DNA of 64,000 nucleotides from an uncultured Clostridia bacterium (GTDB lineage Bacteria; Bacillota; Clostridia; TANB77; CAG-508): NCBI GenBank assembly GCA_944392425.1, contig CALXWM010000002.1, positions 3,346 to 67,345 of the forward strand, read 5' to 3'. Shown piece by piece: positions 26,544 to 35,022 of this stretch (position 1 is its first letter; each line of letters starts with the position of its first letter). The notes under the pieces were generated by a model. It saw only the letters and a program-made list of their open reading frames with translations, ran no database searches and was not told where the DNA came from. The position numbers and the translations under genes were made by a program.

Positions 26544-27926
26544 GTGAAAAATTTTCAAATGAAAATAATACTTCTACTATATATTGTTACAATAGCAATT
26601 ATATGCTTTTTCACAATATATTTTTCGCGTATATTAATAAATGCGGGTGTAGGTAGTGAATATGTAGCTAACATAAAAATTGTGTCAATAACAGCTTTAA
26701 TATTATTTTCTGTTTTTACAATAATTATAGCAATTGTAGAAGTAAAAAAATATATTGAACCAATGTCAAAAATGCTAAAAGGTGCAAAAAAGGCAATTTT
26801 TAGTGCGGACATAAACAATTTAGACACAGTATCTTCAAGTGACGAACTTACAGAGTCATTTAATGAAATAATAGATGAACTAAAACAAAATTTAAAAGAT
26901 GTAAATAGTGAAAAAAAGCAAAAAGAGACAATACTAAAGCATATGACAGATGGAGTTATAACTTTTAATATGGATGGAAAAGTAACATATATAAATCCAG
27001 CAGCTAAGCAAATGCTCGAAGTAAAAGCAGAAGATACAAATTTTAAATCTATATTTGGTAAATTTGCTGATATAAATATGGAGAAAATAATTTACTTAGA
27101 TAGCTGGACATCTTCAGAAAAGAAAATAGAAAATGAGCAAGGCACAATGAGCTTGTTCTTTATACCATATAGAGATGACTTGGACATGCCAGCAGGTGTT
27201 ATGGTAGTTATACAAGATATAACAGAGCACGTAAAACTGGATAATATGCGAAAAGAATTTGTGGCAGATGTATCTCATGAGTTAAAAACGCCTATAACTT
27301 CAATAAAAGGATATTCAGAAACACTTTTAGATGGAGATTGCGACAAAGAAACTGAAAAACACTTTTTACACGTCATAGATGACAACGCTGACAGAATGGA
27401 AAAACTAGTACAAGACTTGCTTACTCTTTCAAAATACGATAACAACAGAGCAAGAAATAAGCCAGTTGAATTTGATTTGGGAGAATTAGCTAAGGCTTGC
27501 AAAGAGAAGTTTGATATAGAAATAAAGCGAAAAAATCAAGACGTAAATTGCTTTGTAACAGCAGATGTTCCTAATGTTTATGCAGATAAAGATGGGATAG
27601 AGAGAGTAATATTAAATATTTTAAGTAATAGTATTAAATATACACCAGATGGTGGAAAGATAGATATATATGTAGGTTATGTACATAATGATGCATATGT
27701 TAAAATAAAAGATACAGGTATAGGAATACCAAAAAATGATTTAGAAAGAATATATGAAAGATTTTATAGAGTGGACAAAGCACGTTCTAGACAACTTGGT
27801 GGAACAGGCCTTGGTTTATCTATAGCAAAAGAAATTATTGAAAAAAATAATGGAAGTATAAATATTAAAAGTAAAGTCAACGAAGGTACAGAAGTTGTAA
27901 TACAAATACCTGTAAAGAAGAAATAA
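26544..27926 (+). CDS. Sensor histidine kinase (2 TM, PAS-like, HisKA, HATPase_c)
   Basis: H-box SHELKTPITSIKGY, N-box NILSNSIKYTP, and G-boxes DTGIGIP and GGTGLGLSIAK. GTG start 8 nt after GGAGG. Confidence 0.85.
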   Translation: MKNFQMKIILLLYIVTIAIICFFTIYFSRILINAGVGSEYVANIKIVSITALILFSVFTIIIAIVEVKKYIEPMSKMLKGAKKAIFSADINNLDTVSSSDELTESFNEIIDELKQNLKDVNSEKKQKETILKHMTDGVITFNMDGKVTYINPAAKQMLEVKAEDTNFKSIFGKFADINMEKIIYLDSWTSSEKKIENEQGTMSLFFIPYRDDLDMPAGVMVVIQDITEHVKLDNMRKEFVADVSHELKTPITSIKGYSETLLDGDCDKETEKHFLHVIDDNADRMEKLVQDLLTLSKYDNNRARNKPVEFDLGELAKACKEKFDIEIKRKNQDVNCFVTADVPNVYADKDGIERVILNILSNSIKYTPDGGKIDIYVGYVHNDAYVKIKDTGIGIPKNDLERIYERFYRVDKARSRQLGGTGLGLSIAKEIIEKNNGSINIKSKVNEGTEVVIQIPVKKK

Positions 27927-28032
27927 ATACAAGTTTTAATACGAAGTAATAACATAAATATTGTTAATTTTTGCATAAATAGCATAAAAAACACCAATAT
28001 AATACAAAGTAATTTGGAGGCAAATTTATACA

Positions 28033-28668
28033 ATGAATGATAAAGTAAAAAATATATTGGAATGGATATATTGTATTCTTATTGCAGTAGTTATAGCGAT
28101 ACTAATAAAATACTTTGTAGGCACTCCAACTATTGTAAAACAATCTTCAATGTGGCCAACACTAGAACAAAATGATAGGCTTATATTAAATAGATTACCT
28201 AGAACATTTGGAAAAATGCCTGAAAGAGGAGATATAATTACATTTGAGGCCCCAAGTAATAATGCTACTGGACTAAATGCAGAAGATATTGACAATCCAG
28301 TCGCAAAATATGATAATGAACCAACCAATTGGTGGGGCAAATTTATATATCATGTCTTGGAAATTGGCAAAGAAAGTTATATAAAAAGGGTAATAGCTTT
28401 ACCTGGAGAACATGTAGAAATTAAAGATGGAAAAGTTTATATAAATGGCGATGAGCTAGACGAACCATATTTAACAGATGATGTTATAACTGAGCCAACA
28501 GGAGTATTAACAGATTTTGTTGTACCAGACAATACTATATTTGCAATGGGAGATAATAGAGAAGGCTCAAAAGATTGCAGAGCATTTGGATGTATACCTC
28601 TGGAAAGAATTGAAAGCAAGGTTGTTATTAGGTTTTGGCCTCTTAATAAGTTTGGAAAGGTAGAATAG
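28033..28668 (+). CDS. lepB: Signal peptidase I
   Basis: SSMWPTL catalytic Ser box, KRVIALPGE and GDNREGSKDCR boxes. Confidence 0.85.
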   Translation: MNDKVKNILEWIYCILIAVVIAILIKYFVGTPTIVKQSSMWPTLEQNDRLILNRLPRTFGKMPERGDIITFEAPSNNATGLNAEDIDNPVAKYDNEPTNWWGKFIYHVLEIGKESYIKRVIALPGEHVEIKDGKVYINGDELDEPYLTDDVITEPTGVLTDFVVPDNTIFAMGDNREGSKDCRAFGCIPLERIESKVVIRFWPLNKFGKVE

Positions 28669-29622
28669 ATGCAATTATTTGAAAACATAGTTGGAAATAA
28701 TAAAATAAAAGAATCTTTAAAAAATGCAGTAAAATCTAACAATGTATCACATAGTTATTTGTTTATAGGAAAAGCAGGAGTGGGCAAAAAGCTTTTTGCA
28801 AAAGATTTAGCAAAAAAAGTAATGTGCCTTGGAAGTAATTATGATGCACAAGACAATGTATTAAGGAGTACTAGAGATAATACAGAAAATGTAGAAAGTG
28901 AAAACTTAAGTCTTGAATTTGATAATTGTGATTCTTGCATAAAATTTGATGCAAATAGCAATCCAGACTTTAGTATAATCGTACCAGATGGCAAAAGCAT
29001 AAAAATAGAGCAAATACGTGATTTGCAAGCAAGAATTTTAGAAAAACCTATAAGCTCAAACAAAAAAGTATACATTATAGATGACGCAGATACAATGACA
29101 GAAGAAAGCCAAAATTGTTTATTAAAAACTTTAGAAGAACCACCAGAATATGCAATGATTATTTTAATTGCATCAAATGAAAATAGAATGTTACAAACAA
29201 TAAAATCCAGATGTGTTATAATAAGATTCGAAGATTTAACAAATGAAGAAATATCACAAATATTACATACAAACGACCAAGATATAATAAGACTATGTGA
29301 AGGTAGTGTTGCAAAAGCAGATACTATTTCTGAAAAAAGAGAAATGTTTGCACAGCTAAAAAATATTGCAGATTATTTAAGTAAAAACAGTTTAATAGAC
29401 GTTTTAAATAATTCAGATTTGTTATATTCATCAAAAGATGATATAATGACATTGCTTGATTTTTTAAATATAATATTTTTTGAAAAAGCAAAAGAAAATA
29501 TTAAATACTCAAAAGCAATAGATATTATAGAAAAAACTAAAAAGAAAATTATGGCGAATAATAATTATGACATGTGTATGGATTATATGCTAATGCATAT
29601 ATGGGAAGAATTACATAAATAA
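28669..29622 (+). CDS. holB: DNA polymerase III delta-prime subunit
   Basis: HSYLFIGKAGVGKK, a Cys cluster CDSC, NPDF and CLLKTLEEPP motifs. Conserved position upstream of ricT. Starts immediately after the lepB TAG. Confidence 0.75.
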   Translation: MQLFENIVGNNKIKESLKNAVKSNNVSHSYLFIGKAGVGKKLFAKDLAKKVMCLGSNYDAQDNVLRSTRDNTENVESENLSLEFDNCDSCIKFDANSNPDFSIIVPDGKSIKIEQIRDLQARILEKPISSNKKVYIIDDADTMTEESQNCLLKTLEEPPEYAMIILIASNENRMLQTIKSRCVIIRFEDLTNEEISQILHTNDQDIIRLCEGSVAKADTISEKREMFAQLKNIADYLSKNSLIDVLNNSDLLYSSKDDIMTLLDFLNIIFFEKAKENIKYSKAIDIIEKTKKKIMANNNYDMCMDYMLMHIWEELHK

Positions 29623-29734
29623 CAGATTAACATTACAGTTTTATGCTACGTTCGCAGAAATGTTTTAAACATCTATTGAATTAATAATTTATTTGATTAA
29701 GCAATATTAAAAGGCAAGAAAGGAGGATTGTACA

Positions 29735-30658
29735 ATGGTAAAAGTAGTAGGAGTTAGGTTTAGAAAACCAGGGAAAATATATTTCTTCGATCCAGGTAAT
29801 TTAGATGTAAGAAATGGTGACGAAGTTATAGTTGAAACTGCTTTAGGACAAGAGTATGGAACAGTAACAGTAAATTCTAGAAATTTACCTGATGAAAAAG
29901 TAAAGAAAGATTTAAAAAATATAATAAGAATAGCAAATAAAGAAGACCGAAAACATCAACAGCAAAACTTAAAAAATGAAAAAAAAGCATTTGATATTTG
30001 CCAAAAGAAAATAAAAGAACACAAACTAAAAATGAATTTGGTTGAAGCTAGATACTTGTTTGATAATTCAAAACTATTATTCTATTTCACAGCAGATGGA
30101 AGAATAGATTTTAGAGACTTAGTTAAAGATTTGGCAAGTGTGTTTAGAACAAGAATAGAACTTAGACAAATAGGTGTTAGAGATGAAATAAAAAGAATGG
30201 GGGGAAATGGACCTTGTGGTAGAGAGCTTTGCTGTTGTTCATTCCTTAAAAAACTAGATGTAGTAACAATAAAAATGGCAAAAGAACAAAATTTATCTCT
30301 AAATGCATCAAAAATTACAGGCTCTTGCGGAAGATTAATGTGTTGCCTAAAATATGAGCAAAATGTATATGAGGACAAATTAAAAAAATTGCCTAAACTT
30401 GGAGCAATAGTAAGCACAGATGAAGGCGAGGGTACAGTAGAAGGCATAGAAGTTTTAAATGAAATCTTAAAAGTCAAACTAAAGGACGAAGAAGACAACT
30501 TCTATTATAAAAAATATAATGCATTAGATGTAAAAGTAATAAAAGATGGCAAAAAAGAAGTAGAACAAGATGTTAGCGAAGAAGATCTTAAGGAATTAGA
30601 ACAAATGGAAAAAATGGATAAGATGGAGATAAACTCATCAAATGATGATGAGATGTAA
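29735..30658 (+). CDS. ricT: PSP1-domain protein RicT (YaaT)
   Basis: N-terminal VVGVRFRKPGKIYFFD, Cys-rich GPCGRELCCCSFL...SCGRLMCCLKYE, and holB-yaaT synteny. Confidence 0.8.
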   Translation: MVKVVGVRFRKPGKIYFFDPGNLDVRNGDEVIVETALGQEYGTVTVNSRNLPDEKVKKDLKNIIRIANKEDRKHQQQNLKNEKKAFDICQKKIKEHKLKMNLVEARYLFDNSKLLFYFTADGRIDFRDLVKDLASVFRTRIELRQIGVRDEIKRMGGNGPCGRELCCCSFLKKLDVVTIKMAKEQNLSLNASKITGSCGRLMCCLKYEQNVYEDKLKKLPKLGAIVSTDEGEGTVEGIEVLNEILKVKLKDEEDNFYYKKYNALDVKVIKDGKKEVEQDVSEEDLKELEQMEKMDKMEINSSNDDEM

Positions 30659-30810
30659 AATATATGATGATTGTAAAAAATATGATTACTTATAAAAAAC
30701 TTGCAATCAAAATAACATATGAGGTACAATATAAAACAAACATTAAAATGTTTCTTACTAAAGAAAAATAAAATTAAACATAAAATTAGAACTGAAAGGT
30801 GGTGAAATAA

Positions 30811-30987
30811 ATGGCATACAAAATTTCAGACGCTTGTGTACAATGTGGTGCTTGTGCAGCATCTTGTCCAGTAAACTGCATATCACAAGGTGAAAACAAA
30901 TATGTAATTGACAAAAGTCAATGTATAGAATGTGGAAGTTGTGCTTCTGTTTGCCCAGTTGGTGCACCAGAAATCGACAATGACTAA
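30811..30987 (+). CDS. fdx: Clostridial-type 2x[4Fe-4S] ferredoxin (58 aa; absent from the ORF track)
   Basis: MAYKISDACVQCGACAASCPVNCISQGENKYVIDKSQCIECGSCASVCPVGAPEIDND carries two CxxCxxCxxxCP motifs. RBS AAAGGTGGTGA. Confidence 0.9.
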   Translation: MAYKISDACVQCGACAASCPVNCISQGENKYVIDKSQCIECGSCASVCPVGAPEIDND

Positions 30988-31033
30988 TACATAAAATAAA
31001 ATTACATGAGTGTGAAAAAATTAAAAAACACTC

Positions 31034-31062
31034 TTGACAAATTCAAAGATGGGTGCTAGAAT
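31034..31062 (+). promoter_or_regulatory. Sigma-A-type promoter with extended -10
   Basis: TTGACA (31034-39), 17-nt spacer, TGcTAGAAT (31054-62). Confidence 0.6.
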
Positions 31063-31068
31063 GATTGC

Positions 31069-31147
31069 AGTAAATCCTATGATATATAGAATTTACTCAA
31101 GGTTTCAAGCTTTTTCATTGGGAGGTCCTTCGGGACCTTCTTTTTTT
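31069..31147 (+). ncRNA. Candidate small RNA of about 80 nt (orphan promoter-to-terminator unit)
   Basis: Predicted TSS about 7 nt after the -10. Internal 11-bp hairpin GTAAATCCTAT/ATAGAATTTAC. Intrinsic terminator GGAGGTCC-TTCG-GGACCTTC followed by T7. Confidence 0.4.
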
Positions 31148-31160
31148 AAAATTTGTGGTA

Positions 31161-31397
31161 TTTTCCGTTGGGGACGGTCCTTTTAGTAAAAAATTAATTT
31201 ATTTACAAAACACAATATATGTTCTTTCTCATTTCACCGCGCGGTCGCTATTCGCTCCAGCTTGCACGTTACGCTACGCAGTTCTACTTAGAATTAATTT
31301 AATATGCTCGCACTGCTACGCTCACTGAAATGTCAAGAACATATATTGTGACTTCTTTGAATATAAATTTTACGAAAAGGACCGTCCCAAAAGTAAA
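31161..31397. repeat. Palindromic GGGGACGGTCC element whose two arms are separated by a nested GC-rich TIR element
   Basis: The arms TTTTCCGTTGGGGACGGTCCTTTTAGTAAAA (31161-91) and TTTTACGAAAAGGACCGTCCCAAAAGTAAAA (31367-97) are near reverse complements. The same arms lie adjacent at 62537-62598. Confidence 0.7.
31213..31348 (-). repeat. GC-rich TIR element (MITE-like), orientation B
   Basis: Perfect termini CAATATATGTTCT ... AGAACATATATTG. Interior CATTTCACCGCGCGGTCGCTATTCGCTCCAGCTTGCACG is shared with the copies at 38378 and 53171. Confidence 0.85.
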
Positions 31398-31494
31398 ATC
31401 TTTGGTCAGTTCAATTGACAACAAAACATTTTAAATATATACTAAGTGTGTACAAAAGACAAAGCAATATTAGAAAAAATAAAGGAGGCAATTA

Positions 31495-32076
31495 ATGAAG
31501 GATTTAATTGAAATTAGATGGCACGGTAGAGGTGGCCAAGGAGCAAAAACAGCTTCATTATTATTAGCTGATGCAGCCTTCAATACTGGTAAATATATTC
31601 AAGGGTTCCCTGAATATGGACCAGAAAGAATGGGAGCACCAATGACTGCATACAACAGAATAAGTACAACACCTATCAGAGTACATAGTAATGTTTATCA
31701 ACCTGATTATGTTGTAGTAGTTGACGATACACTTCTTTCAGCAGTAGATGTTACATCTGGCTTAAAAGAAGATGGAGCAATATTAATTAACACAACAAAA
31801 ACAATCGATGAAATAAAACCATTATTAAAAGGATATAATGGTAGTGTTTATACAATTGATGCAAGAAAAATTTCAGTAGATGCATTAGGAAAATACTTTC
31901 CAAATACACCAATGCTTGCAGCAATAGTTAAAGTTACAGGTATAATGACAGACGAAGAATTTTTAAATGATATGCAAAGTTCTTTTAAACATAAATTTGC
32001 TAAAAAGCCTGAGGTTATTCCAGGAAATATGCAAGCAGTAGAAGTAGCTTTAAAAGAAGTTAAAAAGATTCAATAA
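31495..32076 (+). CDS. porC: 2-oxoacid (pyruvate-type):ferredoxin oxidoreductase gamma subunit
   Basis: RWHGRGGQGAKTAS motif. First gene of a four-gene por-like operon. RBS AAAGGAGG. Confidence 0.85.
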   Translation: MKDLIEIRWHGRGGQGAKTASLLLADAAFNTGKYIQGFPEYGPERMGAPMTAYNRISTTPIRVHSNVYQPDYVVVVDDTLLSAVDVTSGLKEDGAILINTTKTIDEIKPLLKGYNGSVYTIDARKISVDALGKYFPNTPMLAAIVKVTGIMTDEEFLNDMQSSFKHKFAKKPEVIPGNMQAVEVALKEVKKIQ

Positions 32077-32122
32077 AAAAGTGTAAAAGTGGAAATAATA
32101 CCACTTAGAAAGGAAAAATGCG

Positions 32123-32416
32123 ATGGAAATAAATAATAACACACCTTGGCAAGATATGACCGAAGGTGGAACAATTTATGATGCCGGAAATTCTAAAACA
32201 TTTAAAACTGGTGATTGGAGAAGTATGAAACCAGTATTTCATCCAGATAAATGCAAACAATGCGGATTATGTTTCCCAGTTTGCCCTGAGAATTCTATTC
32301 CAGTAAATAAAGAACAAAAAAGAGAAGATTTTAATTACGACTTTTGCAAAGGATGCGGAGTATGTAGCAAAGTATGCCCATTTGGAGCAATAACAATGGA
32401 AGAGGAGGGAAAATAA
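32123..32416 (+). CDS. porD: 2-oxoacid:ferredoxin oxidoreductase delta subunit (2x[4Fe-4S])
   Basis: CKQCGLCFPVCP and CKGCGVCSKVCP motifs. Confidence 0.85.
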   Translation: MEINNNTPWQDMTEGGTIYDAGNSKTFKTGDWRSMKPVFHPDKCKQCGLCFPVCPENSIPVNKEQKREDFNYDFCKGCGVCSKVCPFGAITMEEEGK

Positions 32417-32417
32417 T

Positions 32418-33593
32418 ATGAGTATTAGAGAAAGACTAAGTGGAAATGAAGCAACAGCATTTGCAATGAAACAAATAAATCCAGATGTTGTAGCAGCTTT
32501 CCCTATAACACCTTCAACAGAAATTCCACAATATTTTTCTACATATGTAGATAATGGAGAAGTTGATACAGAATTTGTTGCAGTTGAAAGTGAGCATAGT
32601 GCAATGAGTGCTTGTATAGGTGCTGAAGCAGCAGGAGCTAGAGCCATGACAGCCACATCAGCAAATGGTCTAGAATATATGTGGGAAATGGTACAAATTG
32701 CTTCTAGTATGAGATTACCAATAGTTATGGCACTAGTAAACAGAGCAATTTCAGGACCACTTAATATACACAGTGACCATTCAGATGCAATGGCAGTAAG
32801 AGATAGTGGATGGATAATGCTATTTTCAGAAACAAACCAAGAAGCATATGATAATATGGTAATGGCTCATAGAATAGCTGAAAATAAAGATGTACTACTA
32901 CCACTTATGGTATGCCAAGATGGATTTATAACTTCTCATTCTATTGAAAATATAGAATTAATAGAAACAGAAGAAGTTAGAAAATTTGTAGGAACATATA
33001 AACCAGAACATTATTTATTAGATAGAAAAAATCCAATATCTATGGGACCTATGGATTTACAACCATATCTATTTGAACATAAAAGACAACAATGGGAAGC
33101 TATGAAAAATGCAAAACAAGTTATATTAGATGTAGCAAAAGATTTTGAAAAATTAACAGGCAGAAAATATGACTTATTTGAAGAATATAAAATGGAAGAT
33201 GCAGAATATGTTGTTGTTTGTATGAACTCAACAGCAGGAACTGTTAAAAATGTTATTGATAGATTAAGAGCAAATGGTGTTAAAGCAGGTCTTCTAAAAA
33301 TAAGAGTATTTAGACCATTCCCAGGCGAAGAAATTGCCAAAGCTTTGTCTAAAGCCAAAGCAGTTGCAATACTAGATAAAACACCAATCTTAAATCTAAC
33401 AGGTGGACCATTATATGAAGATGTTACATCAGCTATGTACACATTAAATATGAATGTACCAACAATAGATTATTGCTATGGTATTGGTGGTAGAGATGTA
33501 ACAGAAAGTCAAATAGAAACAGTATATAGCGATTTACAAAATCTAAAAGATATGAGTAATCCTTATAGATTTTTAGGTTTAAAGAGCAAATAA
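32418..33593 (+). CDS. porA: 2-oxoacid:ferredoxin oxidoreductase alpha subunit
   Basis: N-terminal GNEATAFAMKQINPDVVAAFPITPSTE pattern. Position and size are typical for the alpha subunit. Confidence 0.85.
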   Translation: MSIRERLSGNEATAFAMKQINPDVVAAFPITPSTEIPQYFSTYVDNGEVDTEFVAVESEHSAMSACIGAEAAGARAMTATSANGLEYMWEMVQIASSMRLPIVMALVNRAISGPLNIHSDHSDAMAVRDSGWIMLFSETNQEAYDNMVMAHRIAENKDVLLPLMVCQDGFITSHSIENIELIETEEVRKFVGTYKPEHYLLDRKNPISMGPMDLQPYLFEHKRQQWEAMKNAKQVILDVAKDFEKLTGRKYDLFEEYKMEDAEYVVVCMNSTAGTVKNVIDRLRANGVKAGLLKIRVFRPFPGEEIAKALSKAKAVAILDKTPILNLTGGPLYEDVTSAMYTLNMNVPTIDYCYGIGGRDVTESQIETVYSDLQNLKDMSNPYRFLGLKSK

Positions 33594-33620
33594 AATTATA
33601 TAGAAAGGAAATAAAAAACT

Positions 33621-34568
33621 ATGTATAATGTAAAAGAAGTAGTAGCAAATAGACCATCAAGGTTTTCAGAAGGACATAGAATGTGTGCAGGTTGTGGTGC
33701 TCCACCAGTAGCAAGAATGATACTAAGAGCAGTACATCCAGAAGACCATGTAGTTGTGTCTAATGCAACAGGTTGTATGGAAGTTTCAACTTGTATTTAT
33801 CCATACACATCTTGGACAGATTCATATATTCATACTGCATTTGAATGTGCAGCAGCAACAGCTTCAGGTGCAGAGGCTGCATATAAATCATTAAAAAAAC
33901 AAGGAAAATTACCAGAAGGTGAAAATACAAAATTCATTTGCTTTGGTGGAGATGGTGGAACATATGACATAGGTATTCAAGCTCTTTCAGGTGCAATGGA
34001 AAGAGGTCATGATATGACATATGTATGTTATGATAATGGTGCATATATGAATACAGGTATTCAACGTTCATCTGCAACACCACAATTTGCAGATACAACA
34101 ACATCACCAGCAGGAACAGTTATTCCTGGAAAAATGCAAGTAAGAAAAGATTTAACAGAAATAATGGTATCTCATCATTTACCATATGTAGCTCAAACTG
34201 CTGCATATATGAATTTTAAAGATTTATATGAAAAAGCAGAAAAAGCTATATATACAAAGGGAGCAAAATTCTTAAATGTACTTGCTCCATGTCCTAGAGG
34301 TTGGGGATATCCAACAGAGGATTTAATGAAACTTAATAAATTAGCAGTAGAAACATGCTACTGGCCAATGTATGAAGTTGTAGATGGTGTATATCATATA
34401 ACATATAAACCAGCTAAAAAACTACCAGTTGAGGAATTTTTAAAACCACAAAAGAGATTTAAACATATGTTTAAACCAGGGAATGAGTGGATGATAGAAA
34501 AATTCCAAGAAGAAGTAGATAAAAGATGGAATGAACTTCTTGCAAAAGAAGAAATGACAAATAAATAA
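33621..34568 (+). CDS. porB: 2-oxoacid:ferredoxin oxidoreductase beta subunit (TPP-binding)
   Basis: CAGCG Cys motif and TPP motif GGDGGTYDIG...NGAYMNTG. Confidence 0.85.
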   Translation: MYNVKEVVANRPSRFSEGHRMCAGCGAPPVARMILRAVHPEDHVVVSNATGCMEVSTCIYPYTSWTDSYIHTAFECAAATASGAEAAYKSLKKQGKLPEGENTKFICFGGDGGTYDIGIQALSGAMERGHDMTYVCYDNGAYMNTGIQRSSATPQFADTTTSPAGTVIPGKMQVRKDLTEIMVSHHLPYVAQTAAYMNFKDLYEKAEKAIYTKGAKFLNVLAPCPRGWGYPTEDLMKLNKLAVETCYWPMYEVVDGVYHITYKPAKKLPVEEFLKPQKRFKHMFKPGNEWMIEKFQEEVDKRWNELLAKEEMTNK

Positions 34569-34582
34569 TTTGAAAATTGCTA

Positions 34583-34611
34583 TTGACAACAATAGGAAAA
34601 ATTTGTATAAT
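34583..34611 (+). promoter_or_regulatory. Consensus sigma-A promoter with no downstream ORF
   Basis: TTGACA (34583-88), 17-nt spacer, TATAAT (34606-11). Confidence 0.6.
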
Positions 34612-34617
34612 AATTAT

Positions 34618-34683
34618 AGCAATATTTTATCAAATTATCATAGAGGCCAAAAAAGCTAGGAGCTGCGAACTCCTAGCTTTTTC
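34618..34683 (+). ncRNA. Candidate sRNA of about 65 nt ending at a bidirectional terminator (possible antitoxin RNA)
   Basis: Runs from the predicted TSS to the hairpin AGCTAGGAG-CTGCGAA-CTCCTAGCT followed by a T-run. Convergent with the 23-aa peptide gene. Confidence 0.35.
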
Positions 34684-34687
34684 CTCT

Positions 34688-34759
34688 TTAGTTCTCTTCA
34701 TCTTTATGTATGATAGCATACACAATAATGAGAGCAACTAATTTTATCAAACTATTCAT
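34688..34759 (-). CDS. 23-aa hydrophobic peptide MNSLIKLVALIIVYAIIHKDEEN (type I toxin-like; absent from the ORF track)
   Basis: RBS AAGGAGG lies 5 nt upstream. The 5' UTR palindrome CCTCCGGAGG could sequester the SD. Promoter-like TAGACT-17-TGgTAAAAT upstream on the minus strand. The same hairpin acts as terminator. Confidence 0.4.
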   Translation of the reverse strand: MNSLIKLVALIIVYAIIHKDEEN

Positions 34760-35022
34760 AAATGCCTCCTTCCTACCTCCGGAGGCACTTATATTTTACC
34801 ATATATTGTCATACAAGTCTATAGGTTTACACAAAATATTTGCATAATTATTTTTAAAAATCCCCTTGTGAAATCTTGAATTTTGTAGTATAATATAATA
34901 CTAGTTTGAGTGACGAAAAATTGCATATTATAAACATATTAATACACTTAAAAAAATGAAATTATTAAATAAAAATAGTCTTAGTTATTATAAAAATCAT
35001 AATTTTAGTGGGGAGTAATAAA

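Noticed and set aside
31061-31150. 29-aa ORF (MIAVNPMIYRIYSRFQAFSLGGPSGPSFF) within the sRNA candidate.
   Set aside because: Its ATG lies inside the -10 hexamer, upstream of the predicted TSS. It has no RBS, and its 3' end is simply the terminator stem read as codons.
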